Of a stretch of DNA of 64,000 bases, positions 21,258 to 29,620 are shown piece by piece. Origin of the DNA: Lysobacterales bacterium (GTDB taxonomy: Bacteria; Pseudomonadota; Gammaproteobacteria; Xanthomonadales; SZUA-5); contig JAXMHB010000012.1 in assembly GCA_046346965.1 (NCBI GenBank), positions 62,797-126,796 of the forward strand. Direction: 5' to 3'. The notes beneath the pieces were generated by a model, which worked only from the letters and a program-made list of their open reading frames with translations, did not search any database and was not told the origin of the DNA. Position 1 is the stretch's first letter. Each line of letters opens with the position of its first letter. A program made the position numbers and the translations under genes.

Positions 21258-21728
21258 ATGAAGCGTCTGCTGCTGGGCTTGGTCTGCACGCTGATCGCCG
21301 CCACCGCGCTGGCCGACACCGACGCCAGCACCGACCGCGTGCTGCTGCGCAGCGACAAGTCGGTGGCCGAACTGCGCGAATATGTGGACGCTGTAGATCG
21401 TAGACTGCAGAAGGGCCGTTACGACGCCATCCCGGAACGGGATCGCCGCTGGATCATCGAACAAATCGGCGCACTGCGTGAGGCGCTGCCCGACGCCGAT
21501 GCGGCGGCGCCACCGTCGGGTGATTTGCTGCTGCTGGCCAGCGATTTCGAGACCGGCATGATTCGCATCGAGGAAGGCGGCATCGTCTGCCGGCGCGAAC
21601 GCAAGACCGGCACGCGCATGGTCACGCTGACTTGCGCCAGTCGCGAACGCCTGCGGGAGGAGCGCGAGGCCTCGCAGAGCTCGCTGCGCGAACTCAAGCG
21701 CCCGCAGTCACTGCCTTCCGGCGGCTGA
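21258..21728 (+). CDS. Secreted 156-aa protein of unknown function, paralog 3 of 3
   Basis: GAGG is upstream. Signal peptide MKRLLLGLVCTLIAATALA. Same blocks, ending KRPQSLPSGG. Confidence 0.75.
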   Translation: MKRLLLGLVCTLIAATALADTDASTDRVLLRSDKSVAELREYVDAVDRRLQKGRYDAIPERDRRWIIEQIGALREALPDADAAAPPSGDLLLLASDFETGMIRIEEGGIVCRRERKTGTRMVTLTCASRERLREEREASQSSLRELKRPQSLPSGG

Positions 21729-21732
21729 GGCT

Positions 21733-22473
21733 TCAGCGCCGCAATTGCGTGGCCGCCAGCGCGGCCAGAGCCAGCGCCAGCACGATCAGACCGAGTGAGG
21801 TGCTCGCGGGCACCGGCAGGATGGTTTCGTCACCGAAGAAGCGCGGCGTGTTGCCGCGATCGATGCTGTTGTAGCTGGCCGGCGCATTCGGGGCGAGGAA
21901 CTGCGCGCTCGGTGGCGCGCCGACGTCGATCGCATCCACGCTGTCGACCAACTGGGTGCCGGTGTTCGCCAGCGCCAGGAAGCTGACCGCACCGAAGGCG
22001 CTGCTCTGCAGCACCATGCGCGGCACCCCGCCGAGCAGTTCCAGACCGGCCGCGATCATCTGCGTGCCGCCGGCCGGCAAGGTCAGCGTATGCGCATCGG
22101 AACTCTGGATGCTCAGGCGGTTGAATTGATGGTCGCCAATCACGCGCGATTCTGTGCTGCCGCAGCCGTCAGCGATCCGGACCGTGCCGGTCTGCGGAGC
22201 CAGACGGCCCGCAGCGGACAGATCACCGCTCAATTGGACGGTACCGCTGCCGCCGTTCAACTGGCCCGTGACGGTGAGATTGCGCGCGCCGATCAAGGTG
22301 CCGCCGCCGATATCCAGCGCCCCAGCCACCTGCAAATCGCGGCAGCCCGCGTTCACCTGCGCATTGCCGAGCACCATGCGCGCGCCTGCGCCCACGACCA
22401 GTTCGGCAGCAGCGGCCGATCCGGCCAGTCCGCATGCGATCAAACCCGCCAGCCCCACAGTGCATCGGCGCAT
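21733..22473 (-). CDS. Secreted beta-helix-like protein with C-terminal tripartite sorting tag (PEP/IPTL/VPLPA-CTERM style)
   Basis: ATG 22473. Signal peptide MRRCTVGLAGLIACGLAGSAAAA. Gly/Thr/Leu-rich repeats (GGGTLIGARNLTVTGQLNGGSGTVQLSG). The C-terminus is ILPVPASTSLGLIVLALALAALAATQLRR: a short motif, then a TM helix, then basic residues. Confidence 0.7.
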   Translation of the reverse strand: MRRCTVGLAGLIACGLAGSAAAAELVVGAGARMVLGNAQVNAGCRDLQVAGALDIGGGTLIGARNLTVTGQLNGGSGTVQLSGDLSAAGRLAPQTGTVRIADGCGSTESRVIGDHQFNRLSIQSSDAHTLTLPAGGTQMIAAGLELLGGVPRMVLQSSAFGAVSFLALANTGTQLVDSVDAIDVGAPPSAQFLAPNAPASYNSIDRGNTPRFFGDETILPVPASTSLGLIVLALALAALAATQLRR

Positions 22474-22530
22474 GGTGTCCCCGTCAGTCACCCTCTACCG
22501 TCCGCAGCATCGCATGGCGCGGGCGCGCTG

Positions 22531-23184
22531 TCAGCCCGATCCATCGACGCCGTAGCGCTCGCGATAGGCCTGCAGCCTCGGCAGTTGCGCAGCGAGGTCT
22601 GGTCGTTGGGCCACATAGGACAGCAGTTCACCCAGATTGGCGATGGCGAGCACCGGCAGCGCGTAGTCGGCGGCGACTTCCTGCGCCGCCGAGCGCTCGC
22701 CCTGACCGCGCTCCTGGCGGTCGAGCGCAATCAGCACTGCCGCCGGCGTGGCGCCGTGGGCGCGAATCATCTGCACCGATTCGCGCACGCTGGTGCCGGC
22801 GCTGATGACGTCATCGATGATCACCACGCGCCCCTGCAGCGGCGCGCCGATCAGCAGCCCGCCCTCGCCGTGGTCCTTGGCTTCCTTGCGATTGAAGGCA
22901 AAAGGCACGTCGCGCGCGTGCGTCTGCGCCAGCGCGATCGCGCAGGCACTGGCCAGCGCAATGCCCTTGTAGGCGGGACCGTACAGCATGTCGTAGGGCA
23001 ATCCGCTGGCTTGCAGCGTATGCGCATAAGCGCTGCCGAGTTCGGCCAGCGCGGCGCCGGTATTGATCAGGCCCGCATTGAAGAAATACGGACTCTGACG
23101 GCCGCTCTTGAGCGTGTAATCGCCAAAGCGCAGCACGTTCAGGCGCAGCGCCAAGTCCAGGAATCGATGTCGGAAGCTGCTCAT
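22531..23184 (-). CDS. pyrE: Orotate phosphoribosyltransferase
   Basis: ATG 23184. FGDYTLKSGRQSPYFFN...VVIIDDVISAGTS. Confidence 0.95.
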   Translation of the reverse strand: MSSFRHRFLDLALRLNVLRFGDYTLKSGRQSPYFFNAGLINTGAALAELGSAYAHTLQASGLPYDMLYGPAYKGIALASACAIALAQTHARDVPFAFNRKEAKDHGEGGLLIGAPLQGRVVIIDDVISAGTSVRESVQMIRAHGATPAAVLIALDRQERGQGERSAAQEVAADYALPVLAIANLGELLSYVAQRPDLAAQLPRLQAYRERYGVDGSG

Positions 23185-23305
23185 GACGCACCTCGGCCGG
23201 GTCGCGCTGCAGTATTGGTGGGCTGGCACGGCAAGTCCATGCGGTCGCGACCCCGCTTGCACGCCGGTTGAACTAAGCTTGCGGTTCTCGCAGCAGGAGG
23301 CAGCG

Positions 23306-23695
23306 ATGCGACTGGACGTGTTTGCGCTGGTGCTCGGCGGGCTGAGTTTTCTCGGCTTCGGCGCGCTGATGCTGGTGGCGCCGCAAGCGGTAATGGCGAG
23401 CCTAGGGCTGATCCTGCCGGACGGCGTCCCGACCACGGAAATCCGCGCCTTTTACGGCGGCCTGGAGTTGGGGTTGGGCGCACTGCTGCTGGCCGCGGTG
23501 GCGGTGCCGGCGCATCGACCGTACGCGCTGGTGCTGGGCGCCGTCAGTTATGGCGCGATTGGGCTGACGCGGGCGCTGGCGATGTGGGTGGACAGCAGCA
23601 GCAGCCAGTTCCTGTGGATTGCGCTGGCTACCGAGCTTGGTCTGTCGGCAATCTGCGTACTGGCGCGCCTGCGCCGCTATCGGAACACCACGTAG
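23306..23695 (+). CDS. DUF4345-like small membrane protein
   Basis: AGGAGG lies 5 nt before ATG 23306. Four hydrophobic segments. The TEIRAFYGGLELGLG motif is recalled from DUF4345. Confidence 0.65.
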   Translation: MRLDVFALVLGGLSFLGFGALMLVAPQAVMASLGLILPDGVPTTEIRAFYGGLELGLGALLLAAVAVPAHRPYALVLGAVSYGAIGLTRALAMWVDSSSSQFLWIALATELGLSAICVLARLRRYRNTT

Positions 23696-23817
23696 GCGAT
23701 CACCGCCAGCGCCAAGGCTGCCAGCAGCGTGGGCCCGAGCAGTCCCCAGCGCTCCTGGGCGACGTGCTCGGGCAGATAACTGCCGCGATAGCGGCGCTTG
23801 CGTTGCTGCTCGTCCAT
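23677..23817 (-). CDS. 46-aa tail-anchored small membrane protein (hypothetical)
   Basis: AGGAG lies 5 nt upstream of ATG 23817. High GC3. The sequence MDEQQRKRRYRGSYLPEHVAQERWGLLGPTLLAALALAVIAYVVFR has a basic N-terminus and one TM helix. It overlaps the 3' end of the convergent gene by 19 nt. Confidence 0.4.
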   Translation of the reverse strand: MDEQQRKRRYRGSYLPEHVAQERWGLLGPTLLAALALAVIAYVVFR

Positions 23818-23901
23818 GTCCGCTCCTGGCCCGACCGCCGGGCTCGTGGTCGTCGATGTTACGGCATCATCTGCGCGCCCCGGATCGAAGGAGTACGCGC
23901 G

Positions 23902-24774
23902 ATGACTCGTCTGCAGCGTCGATGGCTGTACGCTTGCCTGTGGCCGATCGCCGCCGGCGCGCAAACCCCTGACTGGTGGACCGTGGACGGCTTCGAGCTC
24001 GCCTCGCCCGCCAGCGTATTCCGCTTCAGTGACCTCGATTTGCGCGATCCCCATGTGTACCTGCCAATCGCGCTGCCGCCGCCGCTGGGAACGCTGTGCG
24101 CCGACTTCACCGACAACCCGATCCCAACGACGACGACCTCGTTCAACGGCGAAATCCAGCGCAGCTACACCAGCGACACCAATCCGCTCGATGGCGTGCT
24201 GGATGCCAGTTCCCTGCTGTGGTTCCGGCCCTTGCGCCAGGACGGCGTGATCGCCCGCGTCGACAATGGTAGCGCCGACTGCCTGGCGCCAGCGCCGCCA
24301 GCGAGTTGCGCGCCCTCGGCGACGGCCACGCCGATGGCCTACAACTACGCCGTGGCTGCGGCCGGCGTGTGCCTGAGCGCGGTGAGCGGCACGCTCGGTG
24401 CGCCTCCGTACAACCCCGCTGTCAGCACGCCTTCGGCGCCCTGCTTCACCACCTCGCCGCGGACCTTCGTGTTCGATCTGCAGGGCACGCCGGTGACGCT
24501 GATCGACGCCCAGCTCGCCGGGACGCTGAGCGGCAATCCGGCCAACGCCATCAGCAACGGCTTGCTGCGCGGCTTCCTGCGCGAGAGCGATGCCAATCTG
24601 ATCCTGATCACCAATCCCAACGACCCCACGCAGAGTGTGCCCTTGTCCAGCCTGCTGGCCGGCGGCACTGGCAGTTGTGCCAGCCGCAACGACAAGGATT
24701 CCTATCAAGGCGTGGCCGGCTGGTGGTTCTATTTCAACTACTCGGCGGCGCCGGTGGCCTACACGGGCCCTTGA
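23902..24774 (+). CDS. Secreted Cys-containing hypothetical protein (290 aa)
   Basis: AAGGAG lies 8 nt before ATG 23902. Signal peptide MTRLQRRWLYACLWPIAAGA. No family recognised. Confidence 0.6.
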   Translation: MTRLQRRWLYACLWPIAAGAQTPDWWTVDGFELASPASVFRFSDLDLRDPHVYLPIALPPPLGTLCADFTDNPIPTTTTSFNGEIQRSYTSDTNPLDGVLDASSLLWFRPLRQDGVIARVDNGSADCLAPAPPASCAPSATATPMAYNYAVAAAGVCLSAVSGTLGAPPYNPAVSTPSAPCFTTSPRTFVFDLQGTPVTLIDAQLAGTLSGNPANAISNGLLRGFLRESDANLILITNPNDPTQSVPLSSLLAGGTGSCASRNDKDSYQGVAGWWFYFNYSAAPVAYTGP

Positions 24775-24824
24775 GTGCGTTGCCTGCAGTCTGCAAGCGC
24801 GCGTGGGCGCGCTCTGGAGGCGGC

Positions 24825-25634
24825 ATGAACGGTCGATGGCTGCTGCTGATGGCAATGCTGCAACCCCTGGCTTTGTGCGCGAACACGCTCGGCCCGACGC
24901 GCAGCTACGCCAGCTATGACGGCACGGCGTATGACCCCGACGAGGCGCGCGTGCTGTACCGCGAATCGCACTATCTGGTACTGGAGAATGAACGCGTCCG
25001 CGAGCGGCTGGTCTTGTATCGCTGCGCCGACGGCACGCCGTTCGCGCGCAAGACCGTCAGCAACGGCTTTGGTTCGCTCTGGCTGCCGGAGTTCGAGTTG
25101 GACGACGCGCGCCAAGGCTATCAGGAGGGCTTCCGTGCTGACGGGCAGACCTTGACGGTCTACTACCGAGAGAACGCGGAGAGCGAACTGGAACGCGAAG
25201 CGTTGTCCGACGCGCCGGTCGATCTGGTCGGCGACGCCGGCTTCGATGGCTTCGTCCAGGATCACTGGGACCAACTGGTGGCCGGCGACACCGTGCGCTT
25301 TCACTTTCTGGTGCCGAGTCGCCTGGATTACATGGGCTTCAAGGTGCGTCAGGTCGAACAGACGACCGTCGCCGGACGCCCGGCACGCGTATTCCGGCTG
25401 GCGCTGGGCGGCCTGCTCGGGCTGATCGTATCCGGCATCGATGTCGCCTATGACGCCGAATCGCGCATCCTGCTGCGCTTCGAGGGCTTGTCCAATGTGC
25501 GCGACGAGGACGGCGACAATTACGTGGCGCGCATCGAGTTTCCGCTCGATCACCGTCGCGTCGAACTCAACAGCGCCGCACTCGACGCCGCACGCGAGAC
25601 GCCGCTGGCCGCCAGTTGCGCGCGTGCCGGCTGA
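24825..25634 (+). CDS. Secreted hypothetical protein (269 aa)
   Basis: GGAGG lies 4 nt before ATG 24825. Signal peptide MNGRWLLLMAMLQPLALCA. Balanced composition. No family recognised. Confidence 0.6.
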   Translation: MNGRWLLLMAMLQPLALCANTLGPTRSYASYDGTAYDPDEARVLYRESHYLVLENERVRERLVLYRCADGTPFARKTVSNGFGSLWLPEFELDDARQGYQEGFRADGQTLTVYYRENAESELEREALSDAPVDLVGDAGFDGFVQDHWDQLVAGDTVRFHFLVPSRLDYMGFKVRQVEQTTVAGRPARVFRLALGGLLGLIVSGIDVAYDAESRILLRFEGLSNVRDEDGDNYVARIEFPLDHRRVELNSAALDAARETPLAASCARAG

Positions 25635-25646
25635 CTGCAGCCCACC

Positions 25647-25886
25647 TCAGCCGGCGGCCGTCGGCTGACCCAGCAACTGGCGCACCAAAGTGCCGATCTC
25701 TTCCTTGGTGCCGGTGATCATCATCTGGTGATCGCGGTGCAGATTGGTCCCGATCGCCACCGCGTAATCGGTGCCGGCGGCATGGCCCTCATCGTCGATG
25801 CGGGGAAAGGACTCGACCTTGCCGATGTACATGATCTGGGTGGCGTCCAGAAAGCCGCCTTGCGGCAATCGTATCCAACGCTGCAT
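25647..25886 (-). CDS. Hypothetical 79-aa protein
   Basis: Internal ATG 25886 (MQRWIRLPQGGFLDATQIMYIGKVESFP...). Protein-like composition. No family recognised. Confidence 0.45.
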   Translation of the reverse strand: MQRWIRLPQGGFLDATQIMYIGKVESFPRIDDEGHAAGTDYAVAIGTNLHRDHQMMITGTKEEIGTLVRQLLGQPTAAG

Positions 25887-26059
25887 AGACCTGCTCCGCC
25901 CTGGGCTTGGAGCTCCAGCATAGCGCCGGAGCGACGCCCGCATCGCACGGTGAGCGGCGCCAGCGGTCGCGCGATTGCTTGTGGTGCCCCGGTTTTGCCT
26001 TGAGCACTTCAGGCTTTGCGGGGTACGCTGACGGCCCGCCTCACGAAAATCTCACTATC

Positions 26060-27307
26060 GTGCTTCGCCCGATCCCGCACAACGAGCGTCTGGCCGATGT
26101 CCGTTACGACATCCGCGGGCCGCTGCATGCCCGCGCGCTCGACCTTGAGCAGCAGGGTAAACCGATCATCCGCCTTAATATCGGCAATCCGGGCCGCTTT
26201 GGTTTCGAGGCTCCCGAGCATGTGCGCGAGGCGATCGCCCGCCATTTGCGCGATAGCGAGGCCTACTGTCATCAGCAGGGCTTGACCGAGGCGCGCGAGG
26301 CCATCGTTCAGGTCATGCAGGCGCGCGGCATCGAAGGCGTGGACATCAACCACGTGTTCATCGGCAATGGCGTCAGCGAATTGATCGACCTTTCGCTGCG
26401 TGGCTTGCTGAATCCGGGTGACGAGGTGCTGGTCCCGGCGCCGGACTATCCGCTGTGGACCGCGGCGGTCATCCTGAATGACGGTCAGCCGGTGCATTAC
26501 CCCTGCCCGCCGGAGCGCCAGGGCCTGCCGGATCCGGTTGAGATCGAACGCATGATCACGCCGCGGACGCGCGCGATCGTCGTCATCAATCCCAACAATC
26601 CCAACGGCGCGGTCTACCCGAAGGCGCTGCTGCAGGCGATCGCGGCATTGGCAGAGAAGCATCGGCTGGTGGTGTTCAGCGACGAGATTTACGAAGGCCT
26701 GCTGTACGACGGCGCCGAGTTTCATCCGATGGCGCCGCTGGTGCAGAACTCGCTGTGCATCACGATGAGCGGTTTGTCGAAGATGCATCGCGCCTGCGGT
26801 TACCGCGTTGGTTGGATGGTCACCAGTGGCCGCGTGCAGGCCGCGCGCGATTACCTGCGCAGTCTGGACCTGCTGGCGGCGCTGCGGCTGTGCAGCAATG
26901 TGCAGGGCCAGTGGGCCATTCCGGCTGCGTTGCAGGGGCCGGATACGCATACCGCGCTGTGTCAGCCGGGCGGGCGTTTGTATGAGACGCGCGCGGCGCT
27001 GCTGCGGGCAGTCGGTCGCAGCCGGCATTTACAGGTCGCCGCCCCGATGGGCGCGATGTACGGCTTTGTCGGCGTGCGCGTGCCGGAGTTGCCGGGTTTC
27101 GACGACCAGCAGTTCGCACTGGATCTCCTGGACCAGCGCCAGGTACTGATCGTGCCGGGCTCGTCCTTCAACGTGCCCTATCGCAACCACTTCCGCATCA
27201 CGCTGCTGCCCGAGGCGGCGCTGATGGAGCGGGTGATCGACACCATCGACCAGTACGTCAGCGAACTGGCCGAACGTGCGCGCCCGCGGGTGGCGCAGGT
27301 CGCCTGA
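26060..27307 (+). CDS. alaA: PLP-dependent aminotransferase, AlaA (glutamate-pyruvate) type
   Basis: Collinear with my recollection of E. coli AlaA: VRYDIRGP...LNIGNPG.FGF.AP, IGNGVSELI, VPAPDYPLWTAA, INPNNPNGAVY, SGLSKMHRACGYRVGW. There is no ATG near the expected N-terminus, so GTG 26060 is proposed. The start is uncertain. Confidence 0.85.
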   Translation: MLRPIPHNERLADVRYDIRGPLHARALDLEQQGKPIIRLNIGNPGRFGFEAPEHVREAIARHLRDSEAYCHQQGLTEAREAIVQVMQARGIEGVDINHVFIGNGVSELIDLSLRGLLNPGDEVLVPAPDYPLWTAAVILNDGQPVHYPCPPERQGLPDPVEIERMITPRTRAIVVINPNNPNGAVYPKALLQAIAALAEKHRLVVFSDEIYEGLLYDGAEFHPMAPLVQNSLCITMSGLSKMHRACGYRVGWMVTSGRVQAARDYLRSLDLLAALRLCSNVQGQWAIPAALQGPDTHTALCQPGGRLYETRAALLRAVGRSRHLQVAAPMGAMYGFVGVRVPELPGFDDQQFALDLLDQRQVLIVPGSSFNVPYRNHFRITLLPEAALMERVIDTIDQYVSELAERARPRVAQVA

Positions 27308-27328
27308 CGCAGATCGCGCGCCCGCGAC

Positions 27329-27973
27329 TCAGGCGCGCTGATAGATCGAGATCGCCTCGGTGTCACCGGGGCGGAAAGGCTGGCGCCGCCAGGTGCGCCA
27401 GCGCTGCAGCAGCCGCAAACTAGCCAGTTCCGTCATTTGATCCAGGCGCGCGAGCGTGAGCGGCAGATAGCGCACCCGATAGCGCAGTGCCGGTGCGAAC
27501 TGCGGCAGCGCGCAGTCGACGCTCAGCGTATCCGTGCTAGTCGCCACCAGCGTGGATTCATCGACGTAGATCCCGCCGGGGTCGAGCGCGGCAGCGATGC
27601 CGGCAAGGCAGCGCTGCTGGGCCTCGGCCGTGGTCAGCAGACTCAAGGTACTGACGAGCGAGTAGGCCAGTCCGAAGCCGCCACGGATCGGCAGCATGGC
27701 GAGGTCAGCCCGAATCAGCGGCAGGCCCGGCAGGCGTCGCCGGCAGCGCTGCAGCATCGCCGCCGAGCCATCCACCCCGCAGACCTTCACGCCGCGCGCC
27801 AGCAGGCCAGCAGCGCAGCGCCCGGTTCCGACACCCAGCGCCAGTACCGGGCGACCGGCGGCCAGCACCGTCAGGCAGTCGATCACCTGCGGATCGATGC
27901 GTGGGTAGAGCTGGTCATAAACGGCGGCGTTGCTGTCGCCGTACGCGGCCGCACCATGCAGGCGCCGCGGCAT
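27329..27973 (-). CDS. Class I SAM-dependent methyltransferase
   Basis: ATG 27973. Motif I is VLALGVGTGR and the acidic post-I is VCGVDGS. Confidence 0.7.
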   Translation of the reverse strand: MPRRLHGAAAYGDSNAAVYDQLYPRIDPQVIDCLTVLAAGRPVLALGVGTGRCAAGLLARGVKVCGVDGSAAMLQRCRRRLPGLPLIRADLAMLPIRGGFGLAYSLVSTLSLLTTAEAQQRCLAGIAAALDPGGIYVDESTLVATSTDTLSVDCALPQFAPALRYRVRYLPLTLARLDQMTELASLRLLQRWRTWRRQPFRPGDTEAISIYQRA

Positions 27974-27989
27974 GCCTTCGGCGCCCCGC

Positions 27990-28529
27990 TCAGGGTGCGA
28001 CAGGTCGGAGGCCGGGGCGCCGACCAAGGAACTGGTAGACGCCGCGATCCTCCCAATGCTCGAAACCAAGGCGCTGGTACAAGCGGTTGGCGGGGTTCTC
28101 GGCCTCCACATGCAGGGAGATCGGCACGCCCGTGTGCTCAGACTCCTCGATCAGTTCCGCGAACAGCGCGGAACCCAAGCCACGTCCGCGATAGGCCGGC
28201 ATCAGCGCAATATCCATGACGCGGATGTCGCTGGGCGATCGATGCACGTACACCCGACCGACAGCGTGGCCGTCGAACTCGATCACCAGAAAGTCGGCGC
28301 CGACGTAGTGCTTCTGGTAGTGCGCATGCTGCAGATCGAACTGATCCTGCAGGAAGGCGCGCTTGGCTTCCTCCGGCCATGGCACGGGCGCCAGTTCCTC
28401 GCGGCGCACCTCGGCATAGAGATCACTGAGGAAAGGCAGGTCAGCCGCTGTGATCGGACGCAAACTCAGCCCGACCGGACGGCGCGGGTGGGCTGAGGTC
28501 AATGCTCGCAGAGCGGTGACTGCCGCCAT
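27990..28529 (-). CDS. GNAT-family N-acetyltransferase
   Basis: Acetyl-CoA motif A (IALMPAYRGRGLGSALF) plus ANRLYQRLGF. Confidence 0.8.
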   Translation of the reverse strand: MAAVTALRALTSAHPRRPVGLSLRPITAADLPFLSDLYAEVRREELAPVPWPEEAKRAFLQDQFDLQHAHYQKHYVGADFLVIEFDGHAVGRVYVHRSPSDIRVMDIALMPAYRGRGLGSALFAELIEESEHTGVPISLHVEAENPANRLYQRLGFEHWEDRGVYQFLGRRPGLRPVAP

Positions 28530-28534
28530 GTCGC

Positions 28535-29110
28535 TCAGGCGGTTTGCAGGATCAGCGCATCGAAGTCGCGCGGACTGCCGTCTGCCAAGGTCAGCAGCGA
28601 TTTCGCGGGCTGATAGCGCAAATCGAGCAGCGCCGGCGGCGCGTTGGTGCTGCGACGGGCGGTGGTCAACACCATCAGGCTGCCGTTCGGCAGGCTGGCG
28701 TCGAAAACCCGTGTCCCCGTGGCCGTGCGCACGGTGGCGGTCAGTGCCAGCGGCGTGCCCAGCGGAAAGCGCATGCGCACCTGATTGCTGGCGCTGGGGG
28801 CGGAGCTGCCACTGCGGCGCAACTGCCAGGCGTAGATGCTGCGCGGCAGATTCGACGCATCGGCGACGGTCAAGTCGATATCCATGTGCTGAACGCCGGT
28901 GGCGACCTCGCCGGGGAGGAACTTCAGGATGCGGATCTCGCTGATCGGCGCCCCGGTGACACGCTGATTGACCTCAATCGGCAACAGCGCGCAATTGCCC
29001 GGCGTACCGCCCAGCGGCACCAGACCGCGCCCAGTGGTGATCTCGCTCCCGGCAAAGGCCGGACTACCGGCAGCCAAGCCCGCAGCGATGAGTAGCTGTC
29101 TACGCTTCAT
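28535..29110 (-). CDS. Secreted hypothetical protein with Tat-like signal
   Basis: ATG 29110. MKRRQLLIAAGLAAGSPAFA gives a twin-Arg, hydrophobic, AxA layout. It lies 5 nt upstream of the GNAT gene. Confidence 0.6.
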   Translation of the reverse strand: MKRRQLLIAAGLAAGSPAFAGSEITTGRGLVPLGGTPGNCALLPIEVNQRVTGAPISEIRILKFLPGEVATGVQHMDIDLTVADASNLPRSIYAWQLRRSGSSAPSASNQVRMRFPLGTPLALTATVRTATGTRVFDASLPNGSLMVLTTARRSTNAPPALLDLRYQPAKSLLTLADGSPRDFDALILQTA

Positions 29111-29362
29111 GATTCCCCCGTCCGCGCCGCTCGGATCGACGCTGCCGCTATTGTGAAACATCTAAGTTCCGCGACCGCGCCTTCGGTCGGCGAAATCCGC
29201 CCCTGGTACCAGGATGCGCGCGGAATCAGCTTCCGCCGCGAGATCCAGGTGCCCGCCAAAAACTGTCCCCGCGGCAGCTGCCTACGATAGCCGCTCGCAC
29301 CCGGCTTGGGTACGCGCGGCCAAGGAAGCTCTTGCCAGACATGGGTGCATGGAGCCAGGAGC

Positions 29363-29386
29363 GGGGCAGGGGTCAGGGGTCGGGGG
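29363..29386 (+). other. G-quadruplex-forming motif (G4-N2-G4-N3-G4-N2-G5)
   Basis: The sequence is GGGGcaGGGGtcaGGGGtcGGGGG. A mirror C-rich motif, CCCCCgCCCCCtgCCCCCCgCCCC, lies at 29518-29541. Confidence 0.6.
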
Positions 29387-29620
29387 ACCAACACTGCCCC
29401 CCGACCCGCTTCTGTCCCTACGCATCCATGTTTGGCAAGAGTCCCTGTCTCGCCTTCGGCGCGCTTACTCGGCTCTGCAAACTGGCGACAGTGCAATGCA
29501 GCCGCCACATGGCTGATCCCCCGCCCCCTGCCCCCCGCCCCGCTTTCGCTCCTACGCACTCATGTTTGGCAAGAGCCCGTGTCTCGCCTTCGGCGCGCTT
29601 ACTCGCTTCGCAAACTGGCG

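Noticed and set aside
20585-21358. 257-aa minus-strand ORF across the secreted-paralog genes
   Set aside because: It is antisense to two genes that have SD sequences, signal peptides and mutual paralogy. No motifs.
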